Part shown: positions 28,077 through 40,798 of the stretch, piece by piece | Layout of the letters: each line of letters begins with the position of its first letter | Position numbering within the stretch: the first letter of the stretch is position 1 | DNA from: Podarcis pityusensis | Lineage: Eukaryota | Length of the DNA stretch: 64,000 bases | Strand: one strand, 5' to 3' | Assembly: GCA_964106645.2 (NCBI GenBank) | Contig: OZ067053.1 | Notes under the pieces: model-generated | What the model saw: only the letters and a program-made list of their open reading frames with translations | What the model was told of the DNA's origin: nothing | Database searches by the model: none | Translations under genes and position numbers: made by a program

Positions 28077-28079
28077 TGA

Positions 28080-28460
28080 GGGACGCGGGTGGCGCTGTGG
28101 GTAAAACCTCAGCGCCTAGGACTTGCCGATCGCATGGTCGGCAGTTCGAATCCCCGCGGCGGGGTGAGCTCCCGTCGTTCGGTCCCAGCTCCTGCCCACC
28201 TAGCAGTTCGAAAGTACCCTTAAGTGCAAGTAGATAAATAGGTACCGCCTTATAGCGGGAAGGTAAACGGCGTTTCTGTGTGCTGCTCTGGTGCCGGTTT
28301 GCCGGAGCAGCGTCGTCACGCTGGCCACGTGACCCGGAAGTGTCTGCGGACAGCGCTGGCTCCCGGCCTCTAGAGTGAGATGAGCGCACAACCCTAGAGT
28401 CTGTCAAGGCTGGCCCGTACGGGCAGGGGTACCTTTACCTTTACCTTTACCTTTACCTTT
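28080..28460 (+). mobile_element. Sauria SINE, full length and young, 51 nt downstream of exon 2
   Basis: A box tggcgctgtgg 28090-28100; B box gttcgaatcc 28144-28153; (ACCTTT)5 tail; many intact CpGs. Confidence 0.93.
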
Positions 28461-28678
28461 ATATTGGCCTTAGCAATTGCAAGGCTTGCCAATTGTGTAT
28501 AGCTCTGGAGAGACCCAGTTCCCTTTCTCCTGTTCTTGGGGTTGGAGTGGTAGTAGTGTTAAGCTTTTCCATTTTCCTGTGGAATGGGCAAAATGTCTGG
28601 CTTGGAGCATTGGACTCTCTAATTCATTATGTGGAACTTCATGTTCAAATTTAACCTACTGTGTCTAGCCTAGCATCC

Positions 28679-28838
28679 TAGCCCTATATACCTGAAGGAG
28701 CATCTCCACCCCCATCATTCAGCTCAGACACTGAGATCTAGCTCGGAGGGCCTTCTGGCGGGTCCCTCACTGCAAGGAGTCACAGAGAACCAAGCAGAGG
28801 GCTTCTTTGGTAGTAGCACCCACCCTGAGGAATGCCTG
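28679..28838 (+). mobile_element. L2 ORF2 C-terminal fragment
   Basis: Translates to PIYLKEHLHPHHSAQTLRSSSEGLL..., like the L2 C-terminus. Confidence 0.65.
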
Positions 28839-29005
28839 AAAATGGCTCTGAAAATAGACCAATTCACTGGATTGATTAAAAAATTAGTACATACTGTATT
28901 AGTGTTCTTGTACCAGTTTCTTCAGTATGTTGTTTGGGGCTCAAGTATCCCCATGTTGAAGACTAAAAACAATGATGCACGCCTCTTGTTCTGTGCGAGT
29001 TGCAG

Positions 29006-29095
29006 GGTTCAAAGAGGATTCTGAGGTCCAACGAGATTGTCTTACCTGTCAGTGGACTTGTGGAAACGGAGCTTCAGTTGACTTTCTCCTTGCAG
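29006..29095 (+). CDS. PACS1: PACS1 exon 3 (90 nt), [30 protein letters not shown], with the adaptor-binding ETELQLTF motif
   Basis: ttgcag|GGT TCA ... TTG CAG|gtaaat. Confidence 0.97.
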
Positions 29096-29202
29096 GTAAA
29101 TACAGTTTAACTAAATTAATGGGGGTGCATAGAGGGGAGGGTTGCTGGGGGAAGGAAGGGATAGAAGACCCTTTCTCCATAAACTTCATCAACATACCTT
29201 AG

Positions 29203-29345
29203 GATCTTTCTCTAATACTGTACTCAACACTAATGTCTCACAACAAATGTAACTGATTTGTTAGAAAGACTGTACAACCTGAAAAAAGCGAGAAGGCATG
29301 TACGTTTGTGAACCAAGAAAATCTTTATTAAAAAAAACTTTTTAA
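29203..29345 (+). mobile_element. L1-type LINE 3' end fragment
   Basis: 12-bp TSD aacataccttag (29191-29202, 29346-29357); ATTAAA and A-rich end. Confidence 0.7.
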
Positions 29346-29361
29346 AACATACCTTAGCATC

Positions 29362-29439
29362 TAATCCTTAGTCTTTAAGGTGCCACAAAACTTCTGTTGT
29401 TTTTAATGTAATAGGTTTAACATGGCTACTCCTTTGGAA
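29362..29439 (+). mobile_element. Penelope-like element terminal fragment
   Basis: agtctttaaggtgccac matches the reverse complement of gtagcaccttagagacc near 50075; family call from recall. Confidence 0.5.
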
Positions 29440-30400
29440 GTAGCATAGTGTTAGTGTGCTTCAGATTTTCTAAACAAGAAGCTTAATAACTGTACAGTGG
29501 TTTGGGGATATTTGAAGAGAGATTGCTGTGAAATTTCAAATCTCGTTACACCCACACTTTCATATTCCCAGGAAGCAATGCCACACTCTTCCTGCTGTGT
29601 GCCTAGCATGATAGCTTTTCAGATTGAGAATGTGAGGCTTATGCAATGTGTCGAAGATAGCTTTCCAGTGAATTTCTCTTCTGTGCTCCTTTTCTTCAGG
29701 GAAAATGCTCAACTTCTTTTTCTCCCTTTCTTGCTACATAAATAGCCATTTCTCAGCACATGGTGTTAAAAAGCATTGGACCTGTAGAGAACTGTAAAAT
29801 GTATGCAATCTGTATTAAACTGTTCAGCTTCACTGCTGTTTACGGGGTGAATTACATTCTTAAAGCATCTGAAGTGTTTATCTAAGATGGGACAGAGAGG
29901 ATTTATATGTTATCCTCTTCTCCTTGCTAGTAAAAATCCAGTGCAATCACAAAGCCAGGAGGTGATGAATCTGGGTGTTTGGGGGATGGTGATGTGCAAT
30001 TTGTTTTAACGAGAATTCTTCCAGAATAGTTCAGACATTACCTCTTCCTGAACCAGCTGTCTTGCATGGGGAAGTAAGCTTTTGAGTTGCACAGTTGTTG
30101 GATCCATTTTTAGACCATGTCCTTTATACTGAAGTGGCAACCATTTTTGGAACATCATTCCTGACTCTAAGAAATGGCAAGCAACTATACAATGGGACAT
30201 TTCTTCACACTTTAAAATCCTTTTGAAGGCATGAATTGAATGGAATATTTTGATTGGGCCATTTGAAACGGTTTCCTAATCATCTGGAGAGTATTTTAGC
30301 TAATAGAGATTATGAGTTTTGGGAAAGATATGTGGGGCCAGCTGGCTGATAGTACTGCTTTGAAGCTTACTGTGTTGACCATCTTGATATGCTGTCAATA

Positions 30401-30547
30401 TATTTATAGAGAAACCAGAGATTGGAACTGAGGGAAGTTGGGGGGGTTGTTTTATGGGAGGGGGAAGGGGAAATGGGGGGAAATTAAGGATGATATGATT
30501 TAAGATAGTATGTTTTGTTTAAATTCCTAATATATTTTTTTAAAAAA
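30401..30547 (+). mobile_element. L1-type 3' UTR fragment with G-rich tract
   Basis: 15-bp TSD gatatgctgtcaata (30386-30400) / gacatgctgtcaata (30548-30562); ends in an A run. Confidence 0.7.
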
Positions 30548-30733
30548 GACATGCTGTCAATAGCTACAGATTAGTATTAAGCGATCTATAACCTGAAGAC
30601 TTGCAATTCTTGTACTAAAGTTGATTCAAGAAAACATTACACTCAGCCTAATCTCCTTCTATCGGGACTTACTGTTGTACAAGTTTGGTCTGCAACTTAT
30701 TTACATGCCATTTCCTTTGGGTTCCTCTTGCAG

Positions 30734-30859
30734 TACCCCCACTTCCTGAAGCGAGATGCCAACAAGCTGCAGATCATGTTGCAGCGAAGGAAACGGTACA
30801 AAAACAGGACCATTTTGGGCTACAAAACTCTAGCTGTTGGCCTTATTAACATGGCTGAG
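30734..30859 (+). CDS. PACS1: PACS1 exon 4 (126 nt), [42 protein letters not shown]
   Basis: cttgcag|TAC CCC ... GCT GAG|gtaagg; seen inside ORF 30728..30931. Confidence 0.98.
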
Positions 30860-31044
30860 GTAAGGGAAGTTGGGAGAACTGGTTTTCTTGAGAAAAATAA
30901 TAGATGTTGGTTATACCTCCTAGTTGGATAATGTTTCTAGGGAAAGCACACTACATTGTGAAGTGTTACATTTTTTGAAGGGGACTTAAAAAGTGAGCAC
31001 CACCGCCACCACTACAATGTGAGAATTGATTTGGGGAAGTGCAA

Positions 31045-31212
31045 GCTTGGACAGTGAGGTTTTGCATGCAGGAAGGTCCCAGGTTCAATCCTCAGCATCT
31101 CTGGGTAGAGCTGGGAGGGACTTCCGTCTGAAATCACTATTCATTAGTGTAGACAGTACTGAGCTAAACTGACCAAGTAGCCTGACTTGGTGGAAGGCAG
31201 CTTCCTATATTC
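31045..31212 (+). mobile_element. tRNA-derived squamate SINE (Squam3-like); other copies ~32650-32853, ~38748-38912, ~62748-62912
   Basis: Shared pattern gcatgcagaaggtcccaggttcaatcc ... gtgtagacaatact ... aaggcagcttcctatgttc, degenerate across four copies. Confidence 0.7.
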
Positions 31213-31687
31213 TTATATATTTCCCTCCACAAAAGTTGTGGCACTATAAACAGATATTTGGAGAAGCAAAGAGAGGTAAATTTGTTTCATGGTGTTTGGG
31301 CAGGAATGCAAAAGCTTTCAGCAAATTAAGTTCAGTCGCTAGCAATGCTGTGCCAAATGTAGGTTGGAGACATTTGCATCCATAGCACTGCCTACCTTCT
31401 CCCTTCCATTGTCACTATTTTGTATGTTTAGCCCCCTTTACAAGAATGAGCTTTCCCAGTTGGTTGAGTTTTTTGTCTTAGGCTGACATTGGTGTGTGCT
31501 TCACGTTCCTTGCTGTAACAATTTATTTTCTTTAGTAGATTGACTTACATAATTGCCTGCTGTGCATTTTAATTTTGCAATTTTCAGGAAACGTAATCAG
31601 ATCATCTAGCCACTTTGCTATTGCTGTTTTCTCTGTATTTAAGCTTTCTGGCTGCGTTCCTGAAATTGTACTGTTTTTCTTCTCCAG

Positions 31688-31832
31688 GTTATGCAGCATC
31701 CAAGTGAAGGAGCCCTGGTGCTGGGACTCCACAGTAACGTGAAAGATGTTTCTGTCCCTGTTGCTGAAATTAAAATCTATTCCCTGTCCAGCCAACCAAT
31801 AGACCATGAAGGACTAAAATCAAAATTATCTG
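31688..31832 (+). CDS. PACS1: PACS1 exon 5 (145 nt), [48 protein letters not shown]
   Basis: tctccag|GTT ATG ... TTA TCT G|gtaaga. Confidence 0.97.
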
Positions 31833-33614
31833 GTAAGAATGTTTGTAAGACTTTACTTTCTGGATTTTGAGCAGTCCCAGTAGTTGACATGTACTAATGC
31901 AGGACCCAGTCCTCAAACAGTTGTCAAAATTTCATTTCATTTCTTTCACTTTTAATTTGTATACTACCATTCTGTATAATTTAATTTCTATACCACCCTT
32001 CATCCGAGGATCATGGAGCAGTTTACAATATAAAAACACCATGGGAAACTCCAGGTCTTAGATTCAGGAAGGTTCTCTGCCCAGACTTCTACCCCTGTAT
32101 CTTGCTTTCTGCTTCTGATTTCCTGGTGCAGTTGCTCTGCTTCCCTTGGATATTTGTATTGAACCAAGAGTGAGCAACCGTTTTTCCATGACCATCTTAA
32201 CAACCTTTTCTCAATAGAAGCAAACCAAAACATACCTGCAGTATTTGGACTGAAATCTGATTCATCATTTTTCCACAAGAAATTTGTTGTATCCTGCATC
32301 AGAGTGTGCACCTTTGGTTTCTACAGCACCCAAATGTTTAGGGTGCCTTTTGTGGTGGAGCAGGAGAAGGGGATGGGACACATAAAGTATCTGTTATTAC
32401 AGAGAGGACTCACAATATTCTCTAACAGCTGCAATTCCCACAGTTCCTTGTGGTGGGGAGGGAGACCATGCCTATTAAACTACTTTAGGTTGGGAGTGAT
32501 AAATGTAGCCCAAATGAAATTCTAAATCTGTGACTTTCCAAAATACAGTTGGCTTATTCTGCCCATGTGCAGTGTTATATAGCTGCTATGCCAGTCAAAG
32601 CTGCATTCTGCTCTGTTGGTTTTCCTGTCTTGTCTTGTGCTGATTGGCTAAGCCATAGCTCAGTGGCTAAGGGCTGCCCTTGCATGCAGAAAATCTTAGA
32701 TTGAATCTGTGGCATCGCCAGTTGAAAAGACATCTGGTAGCAGGACTAGGGAAAGCCTGTGGCTGAGATCTTAGTGATTTGCTGCCAGTTAGTGGGCTGC
32801 CAATCAGAGTGAGCAGCACTGGGCTGACTTGGTTATAAGTCAACTTTGTATGTTCTCCAGTGCATACATGTATCTATGCAAAGTCCATACAAAGCAGAGG
32901 AGATCTTGTGTTGGATTCCCTGCTGTGGTTGAAATTGTCCTAGTGCCAATAATATGGATGCTTGAGGCACAGTGAAAGCAAAGAAGTGCTTGTAGCAGCA
33001 GGCTTACAGCTGGTGCTTGGCAGCCTGTGGTGTGCTCAGTTGTTAGTCTTAAAGTATGCAATTTTTCAGGAGAGCAATCCCAATGCTTTTTGGATCTAGT
33101 ACAGTAATGTCCACTCTTGCTGTGTCTTGTTTTGACAATCCAACCTAATTCCTTCAAACACTGCTATATTTAGCCTTCTGTCTTGGATTTTTCTGCTTTA
33201 TGCTACTCCCTCCTGGATGGCTGCCTAGGCAATAAATCTGGTTGCTAAGGAAACTGATGGAGATGTAGACTCTGTGCTGGATTTATTCTGATATTTGGGT
33301 TTATTACCAGCAATGTTGTGAGTGACCGGATGCAAGGGAAAGCTGGGAACTGAGATGAAGTCATTACACTAGGCTCCAGTGTTATTAGTGCCTTTATCTG
33401 AGAATAATGGAAATGGGTTCACTTAGTTGCATAGTGTCAGAATTTTAATCTAAAAATGATCTTATACTTTTTATAGTGGAGAAAGATGCAAGATACAGTA
33501 AACTAATATCCACTGTTAAATGGATATAATAAATGGGGACAGCTTTTTAAAAATTACATTTATGTATTGTTCTTGAGGGTGGCATGCCTGTGTATCTTTG
33601 GTGGTGGTGAGGTA

Positions 33615-33962
33615 CCAGATTGGCCTGAATATAAGCTGCACGTTCCCCCAAAATTCTGAACATGAAAAGTTAAAGTGCGGCTTTTATTTGCGACCTTACG
33701 GTATGCAGCCAGGAGCACAGGGCAAACAGTGGCAGGAGCGTGGTGAAGTGGTGCCTGCCCCGCGCGTAGTCCCCCATCCTCTCCCCCAAGGCTGGGAAGG
33801 GAGACAGCGAGGAAGGAGAAAGGCAATGCTGCCCCCCCCAGCATGCAGCCAGGAGCAGCAAGAAATGGAGCGGCTTATATTCAGGCATTTTTTCCTTCCC
33901 CCCCTTCCAATTTTAAAGCTGCGGCTTATATTTGGGTGTGACTTATATTCGGGCCAATATGG
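33615..33962. mobile_element. Tc1/mariner-type MITE
   Basis: TA|ccagattggcctgaatataagctgcac ... gtgtgacttatattcgggccaatatgg|TA (~27-bp imperfect TIR). Confidence 0.85.
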
Positions 33963-34969
33963 TATTATGATATTTACCCTTGCAACCAATTTGTGAGTTA
34001 GGCTAATTAGAGAATGAGTAAGTGATTGGCCCAAGGTTTCCCCAGTGGGCTACTTGGCTGAGTAAGGATTTGAACCCAGATCTCTGCAAACCCAGCCCAG
34101 TATTCTTTCTATTCCATATAGGCCATCTTCAGTGAGAATGATGCTGATGGGGTTGGATTTGGGCACAATTGTCCTTTTAGTCTGCGTTTGTGAGACTTAA
34201 AGCCTGTCATTCAAATACTGTTCACTAATCAGGATTCAAGCTTGGTTAAAAGCAACCCCTACTGCCAGACTTGGGGATAGACTTTGGTGACTTAGGTCTG
34301 AGTTGAAGGGGCAGCAGTCAAGCAGATTCAAAGTCCTGCTTTAAGTCCATGTGTTAGATGGTATCGCACTAAGGCCAGCATAATATACTTCCATTTCCTA
34401 ATCCCTACTGAATGTAGCAGACGAGCAAGTTCAAATTGTAAAGCTCATTCAGGTAACTGAAGTCACTTCAATGGCACATGGGCACACTGAAAAGAGAGGG
34501 GGATCTGCTTTTGTCAGGCTTACCATAAATGCAGATTTCATTTGTGAAATGTCTGCCTAAATAATGGCTCTGGCCTACATTTATAGTCTCTTTAATTACT
34601 TCCCCTAAATAGCTGGGCAATGTTTGCTGTTGGTGACTATGTATTAGGCTTGATGGAGCATTTGGCTGATTGGAGAGGGCAGTTGTGAATCTTGAATTGT
34701 GCTGTTTTGCTGGTAAGCCCCATCCTCAAGAATGAATGATGAGCTGTCAGTGTGAATGAGAAATATCAAGTTTGAGGTCACCCAGGGGGGCTATGCAGAT
34801 GCAATGATTTTCATAGCTACTTATGCTGTCTGGTCTGACTTGAATTGACCCTTTGGATGAATATTTAAATGCAGATCCCTCCGGTTGCTTTATTTCCCTG
34901 ATATGATACAGAAATATCATGTTCTTCAGTTATGATTCAAAAGGCTCATATTGGCTTGATTTGAAGGAC

Positions 34970-35200
34970 ACAGTAAGCCATAGTAGGAAACAAGCTAAGG
35001 CTTCCTGTCAACAAGCAGCATGCTAGTGCAAACTCCTCAGTTATCCCCATTTTGCTCTGCCCCGCCTGGAGCTGAAAAACAAATGATAGAGCAACTGGCT
35101 TAGTGTTACATGTGGCCCAGTCCTCATCGTTCATATTTTCTCTAAACAAACCATGAGTTGAAGCTGCTTGTTTGTGGTGTTCCTAACTATGGCTTACTGT
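34970..35200. repeat. Long imperfect inverted repeat (probable old MITE)
   Basis: acagtaagccatagtaggaa (34970-34989) pairs with ttcctaactatggcttactgt (35180-35200); inner aacaagcagc / gctgcttgtt. Confidence 0.7.
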
Positions 35201-35982
35201 CAAGTACTAATGGGGCAATTTTATTTATTACTGGCTCACCTAATGTGTTTGTTGTATTTCTGGGACTCTGTGAATATTAAAATTGTTGGCATTCCTGTTA
35301 GTTCAAAAATTAAGATCCAATCTAGTCTGCACAAGCAGTCAAGTGAGGTGATAGGATCCTGAAGTAACAAGGGTAGATTGTTAGCTTAATTTGGAGAGCA
35401 TAAAGGGGGGGTTCTCTCACCTGCTATCTGAGTTGATAACAAACAGTGCCCTCCTCCCTGCAAGTGGAAAAACAAAACTTGTATCAAAGAGAGCACTCCC
35501 TGTTTAGTTAGTTTTCTATTTGTTTTATGCTTTGTGCCTTGGAAGGACTTTGCACAGAAAGGCAGCATGCACATATTGAAATAAACTTTTTAAGTACCTG
35601 GATTTTTTTTATAGAGAAGAATTTTTAAAAAGGGATATGTCTCACCTGCACCCTGAAGTGGTACACCTCGGGACTCTACCACTTTATTGTGCTGTATGCA
35701 GGAAACACTTTACTAATCCACTATGAGACTCCTAGAACTGATTTTCATGACATGTATAATCACTAAGACAAGACGACCAACGAAAAGTGGGGAGAAGTTA
35801 CATATTCTGATGGAGCACAACATGCTGGCCACTCAACAACCAGCTGCCTTCTTGCTTTACATTCTCCTGAATTTGCATGATCTTTGTCCCGTGAACCTTC
35901 ACACTGGGGCAGCCTTGACTCCAGTTTGCATATGAAAATGTATTCAGTTTAGCTGCAAGTTTGGCAAGTTGGCATTTCATAA

Positions 35983-36165
<183 letters not shown>

Positions 36166-37404
36166 TAAAGGAACTTGGGAACTCTGACACCTGTTCACAG
36201 ATTATTACATCATAGTTCCTGTGTACTACTTCCCTCTCCAATATCCCCTATTGCATTAGATTCATTTTAACCTTTTCTAGTTGTTTATTAAAGCTGAGTT
36301 GGAAACCCGAGGAGGAGCCAGGTGAGCCCTCTAAAAATAGTTGCTCACCAAATCCTGATGTAAGCTGATTAGAAAGAACAAAGTGTAGCAGAAAAGAGTT
36401 CATGGGAGTAGGCTGTATGGCACTTAAAAAAAGAAAGTGAGTCTTCCAACCAAAATTATACAAATACCGTATGAACACAAAAACCAGATTAGCATAATAA
36501 CACAAATAATTAAAATAGCAACAACAAGCAGTTAACCACTGCTGTATCATGCACTACAAATCTCTAACAAAGTAGTTTCACTTATACAGTATACAAAGAA
36601 TACAAAACTATATGTTATTTTGATTCCTTTTGCGTTGTTTGCAATATAAAAAAATTCAATGTGGCTTTAATGCATTCCCAACAATGAGTATCAAATTATA
36701 TATTCCTGAACCTTATTCACTTAATAGATAACAAAAGTGATTAATTTTTCAGCCAATTTATCATAATTCTGTCTGCCTTCTCTCTTGATGGTTTGGTTGA
36801 CCATACAAATCATGCCCCATGCTTTATTTAACCAACCAATATTGGAGGCCAGGAATTCTTCAAATTATAAGCAAATGTTATATGAGGAGCATTCAGCAAA
36901 AGAAGAACCATCTCTTGTTGTTTGTTAAAGTTGAATCTTTAACATAACCCAGCAGGAGGGATTAATGGATCCACTGATAAAGAACAGCTTGTTACAGTTT
37001 ATTTTTCTGTTACTACATCAACCCAAAAGTGGTACAAGACCATGGCATTTCTAATACTGAAGGCCGACTCAAAGTGTCATAGATCTGAGGAGGTTAACTA
37101 AATGACAAAAGAAGCAAACCTGTTACCAGTTAATATCCTGAATAGGAATGGCTGAGAATAAAATACATAGGTTTCCTAAGTAGTTTTGGCCAGTGTTGGC
37201 CATCTTGGAATTTTCATGTCTGGCTGTGTTCATGAGGTAGAACTACACAGGTCATTCGAAGCCAGATCAAAATACCAAGTCTGGAATCCCTAACATTTCA
37301 TGGACAAAGAATGAGATTTTGTCCTGCTTTGGAGGGCCTTGTTCATAACTATGTGGCTGGGTGTTCTTTGTGTTCTGAAGTGGTTTCTCCCCTGCACCCC
37401 CTAG

Positions 37405-37515
<111 letters not shown>

Positions 37516-38547
37516 TGAGGAGTTTGGGGCCTGCCTCTTCTCCCCCCCCCCCCACATCTTCCAGTCCATCCTGCATCTGTCTGCTTGGTAATCCCAAGAG
37601 ACCAGGCATAGGTGAGACCCACTATGTGGCTGTAACACACTGAGGTGAAGATGCTTCATAGCCTCAAGAAGAGCAAATGTTTACCTCCTGTATTGTGTGG
37701 CCACAATGTGCCAAATATTAAACTTCTGTTGGTTTGCGTGTGATTAGAAGCTGTATTAAAAAGGAGTCTCCCATGCTGGTACTTAGCCATACCTGCCTAA
37801 TTGACTGTTGCCAGATTTGTTTTAGTACCAAGATACAGAATGAGTAGCTGACCTTCGATGTTGAGTTTCGATACTCTACCAAAAAGAATCTGTGAGCTTT
37901 TTTCAAGCAGAGCTTAATGAGAACAACCATTAGTTGACCACCACATTCCCACACCTCAGGGGGTAGAAGCAGAGTTTCCAGGCAGTCTTGACCTGCTTTT
38001 TAATAAATTAAGATCTTCCCCCCCCCGCCCCTTTGTGTGCATTGCTCCTTAATGCTTAGCTTTGAAGATGAGTCTTTGAGAACTAACTTTCTGAGCTACC
38101 TTCATGAAATATGTACGCTTTAAAGCTGAACTGTTGAGAGCTGCATTCTTATCAGGTTTGCAAGCTAAGCAGTGTTGCTCTGGACCAGTTACTGGAAGAA
38201 GAGTTTGAGTAATGCAGAGGTTCTGCAGAGGTGTTTTTTTCTGGCATTGTGCTGCAGAGCTACTATTTTCCCCTCCCATTTGGTGTAGGTTTATGGACTT
38301 GTTGAACACACTGTGGTACTTGGGTTCAGCTATATATGATGTGGTGTTCTGACAAATCTGCTACCATCATGATCTGTGGTAGGGGTGCTAAATTGTGGGG
38401 AGAATTGTCTTAGGATTTTCAGTGTTTGTTTCACTCTCCCAGCCTCAGTACTCATCATGCATTGTGTCTCAAGAACTCTGCTTGTGCCTGTCCTAGTCAA
38501 TTGATAGGTGGCCTTTCTAATAAGTAAATGGTACCTCTTTTTCACAG

Positions 38548-38607
38548 CAGCCAAATATTAAGCAGAAGTTTGTGGCTTTACTGAAGCGGTTCAAGGTATC
38601 AGATGAG
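38548..38607 (+). CDS. PACS1: PACS1 exon 8 (60 nt), [20 protein letters not shown]
   Basis: ttcacag|CAG CCA (NAGNAG acceptor) ... GAT GAG|gtaggt. Confidence 0.96.
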
Positions 38608-39407
38608 GTAGGTATGACAAAATTTATGGTCTAGATTCCTGTAAGTGTGGTTCCTGGTTATTTTACAAAAAAACATGGTAATAAGTGGATATTCCATGAT
38701 GACAATTTCCACATGAAATGTAGCTGGCAATGTTTGGTCTAAAGAGAAGGGCTGAAATTCAGTGGTAGAGCACATGCTTTGCATGGAAATGATCCCAGTT
38801 TCAATCCTTGGCATCTGGTAGGGCTGAGAAAAGACCCCTGAAGCCAGTCAGTGTAGACAATACTGGCTAGATGGTTTACTTTGGAAGTATAAGGCAGCTT
38901 CCAAAGTTCCTAAGCAGTTTTATGAGGGTAGTTTTGGGATTATTGGTATGGCCTGGAGAAAACAGGAGGAACCCTGCTTACATCACAGCAGCAGGAGCTC
39001 CTTTTAGCTCTGGAAAGTATGGTTCAGGTGTCTGCATGCGTGGGTACAATCAGAAGATGATTTGCCTTACTGTTTTTGTCTTGTATTTTCATTATAAGAT
39101 GTGTCTGTCACTTATCTGTTTAAGAATACAAAGCAATATAGTTTTGTTTGTGTGATCTGAAGGAAGACACAAGATTTGCTAATAGTTTTCAGGTGAAACT
39201 GTTTGGCTGACTGATGCTTGCTTGGCACTGCCCCAGTTTCAAATACCACATATTTGCATCAATATGCAGAAAGAAGATACAGCATAGAGCTTAACAGAAA
39301 GTTGCCCCTCTGAGAAGCAAATAATTCTGGGCCTGTCTTAAAGAATAGGAAGCAGTGTATTTGGAACATAGGAGCTTTGAGCACCCTGGTAACTATGTCT
39401 TTTTTAA

Positions 39408-39572
<165 letters not shown>

Positions 39573-39595
39573 TAAGTGTGACTGGATAAGTTGGA

Positions 39596-39598
<3 letters not shown>

Positions 39599-39630
<32 letters not shown>
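39599..39630 (+). repeat. (GT)16 microsatellite
   Basis: Read directly; starts 28 nt after the exon 9 donor. Confidence 0.97.
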
Positions 39631-39631
<1 letters not shown>

Positions 39632-40352
39632 ACAGTTGGGAACCAAGATTCCTGTGCGAGATATAAAATTGCTGATACGCTGTTTTTCCACAAAACTCTG
39701 AAGCCTGAGTGACTATGCTTAAGTTTTGTTTTCTTTCAACATCAAAAAGATTTCTATTTTTGACTGAATGAGGCGACAGAATGCATCACTATGCATAAAG
39801 ATGATACAGGGTTGCTGTCAGCTGTTAAAATTTTAGGGCTCTTTAACCAGGTATCAGCCCTTGGGAAAGTGTTGTCTGACTTCTGTGGTTTGATTCTGGA
39901 ACCTTTTGTCAATAATAGCCACTGTTGTTAAAGCTTTCCTCTGCCACCTTGAGACCCAGCAACTTTGAAATACAAAGCCCCAAGATTTTCATAAAGCTGA
40001 ATTATGTGGAAAATATATGTGCATGCTGTGTGATATGCTTGTTGACATGCATGACATATATTCAGACTTGTCCACTTTTAGGGGTGGATTATTTTCAAGC
40101 ACTCTGAGTCTTTTTAAAATTCCATTCCCTGTCGTATTTGGATGGCTGCATGAAATGTGCAGAACCTTGTTCTGTAGTTCTAAGCATGCAGTAGGAAAAA
40201 GAAAAGTGAAGTTTGTGCATAATTGAGGCAGGGAGGGGGAGAGTTCTTCCTCTGGCCTCCATTCTAAGGAAACACATTCTCTTCCAACAGGATTCTTCCA
40301 CTGTAGCTGCCAACCCACTCAGTTCCCTGTGCAGTCATTCTGTTCCATAACA

Positions 40353-40354
<2 letters not shown>

Positions 40355-40413
<59 letters not shown>

Positions 40414-40414
40414 T
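40355..40414 (+). repeat. Compound (CT)n(GT)n microsatellite
   Basis: Read directly. Confidence 0.95.
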
Positions 40415-40744
40415 TGAAGGGTGGACCTTGCACCCCTCCCTGATTTTGGGATTTGTATTTCTCCCGTTTCCTTTCCTTTTACAGAATCATATTAGTGATT
40501 ATCTTTTAAACTGAAGCTTAATCTTTGTGGTTGGATTATGTTACAGTTCTGTCAGAAAACAATTGATCCCAACTTCAGCATGTGTGGCTTGCCTGTGAAC
40601 CATTCTGATTTCCTGTTTTTCCTACCCAGATAATTGAAGCCAGTCTCCCTATGTCTCTACCCCCTATCCACTTGAACTGAATGCTTAAGAAGTCAGCTAA
40701 ATAAAATAAAAAGCTGATTTTTTAAAATATTTAATTTCCTTTTG

Positions 40745-40760
40745 TTATTATACACACACA

Positions 40761-40794
<34 letters not shown>

Positions 40795-40798
40795 ATAA
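40745..40798. repeat. Palindromic (AC)n/(GT)n microsatellite
   Basis: ttattata(ca)5c-gtgtg...gtg-tataataa. Confidence 0.9.

Noticed and set aside
28080-28160. tRNA gene (A and B boxes)
   Set aside because: It is the tRNA-derived head of a Sauria SINE, continuing into SINE body and tail without a cloverleaf.
36450-36960. Possible old minus-strand L1/Tx1 fragment
   Set aside because: Only a compositional impression; no clear motif, tail or TSD to support a call.
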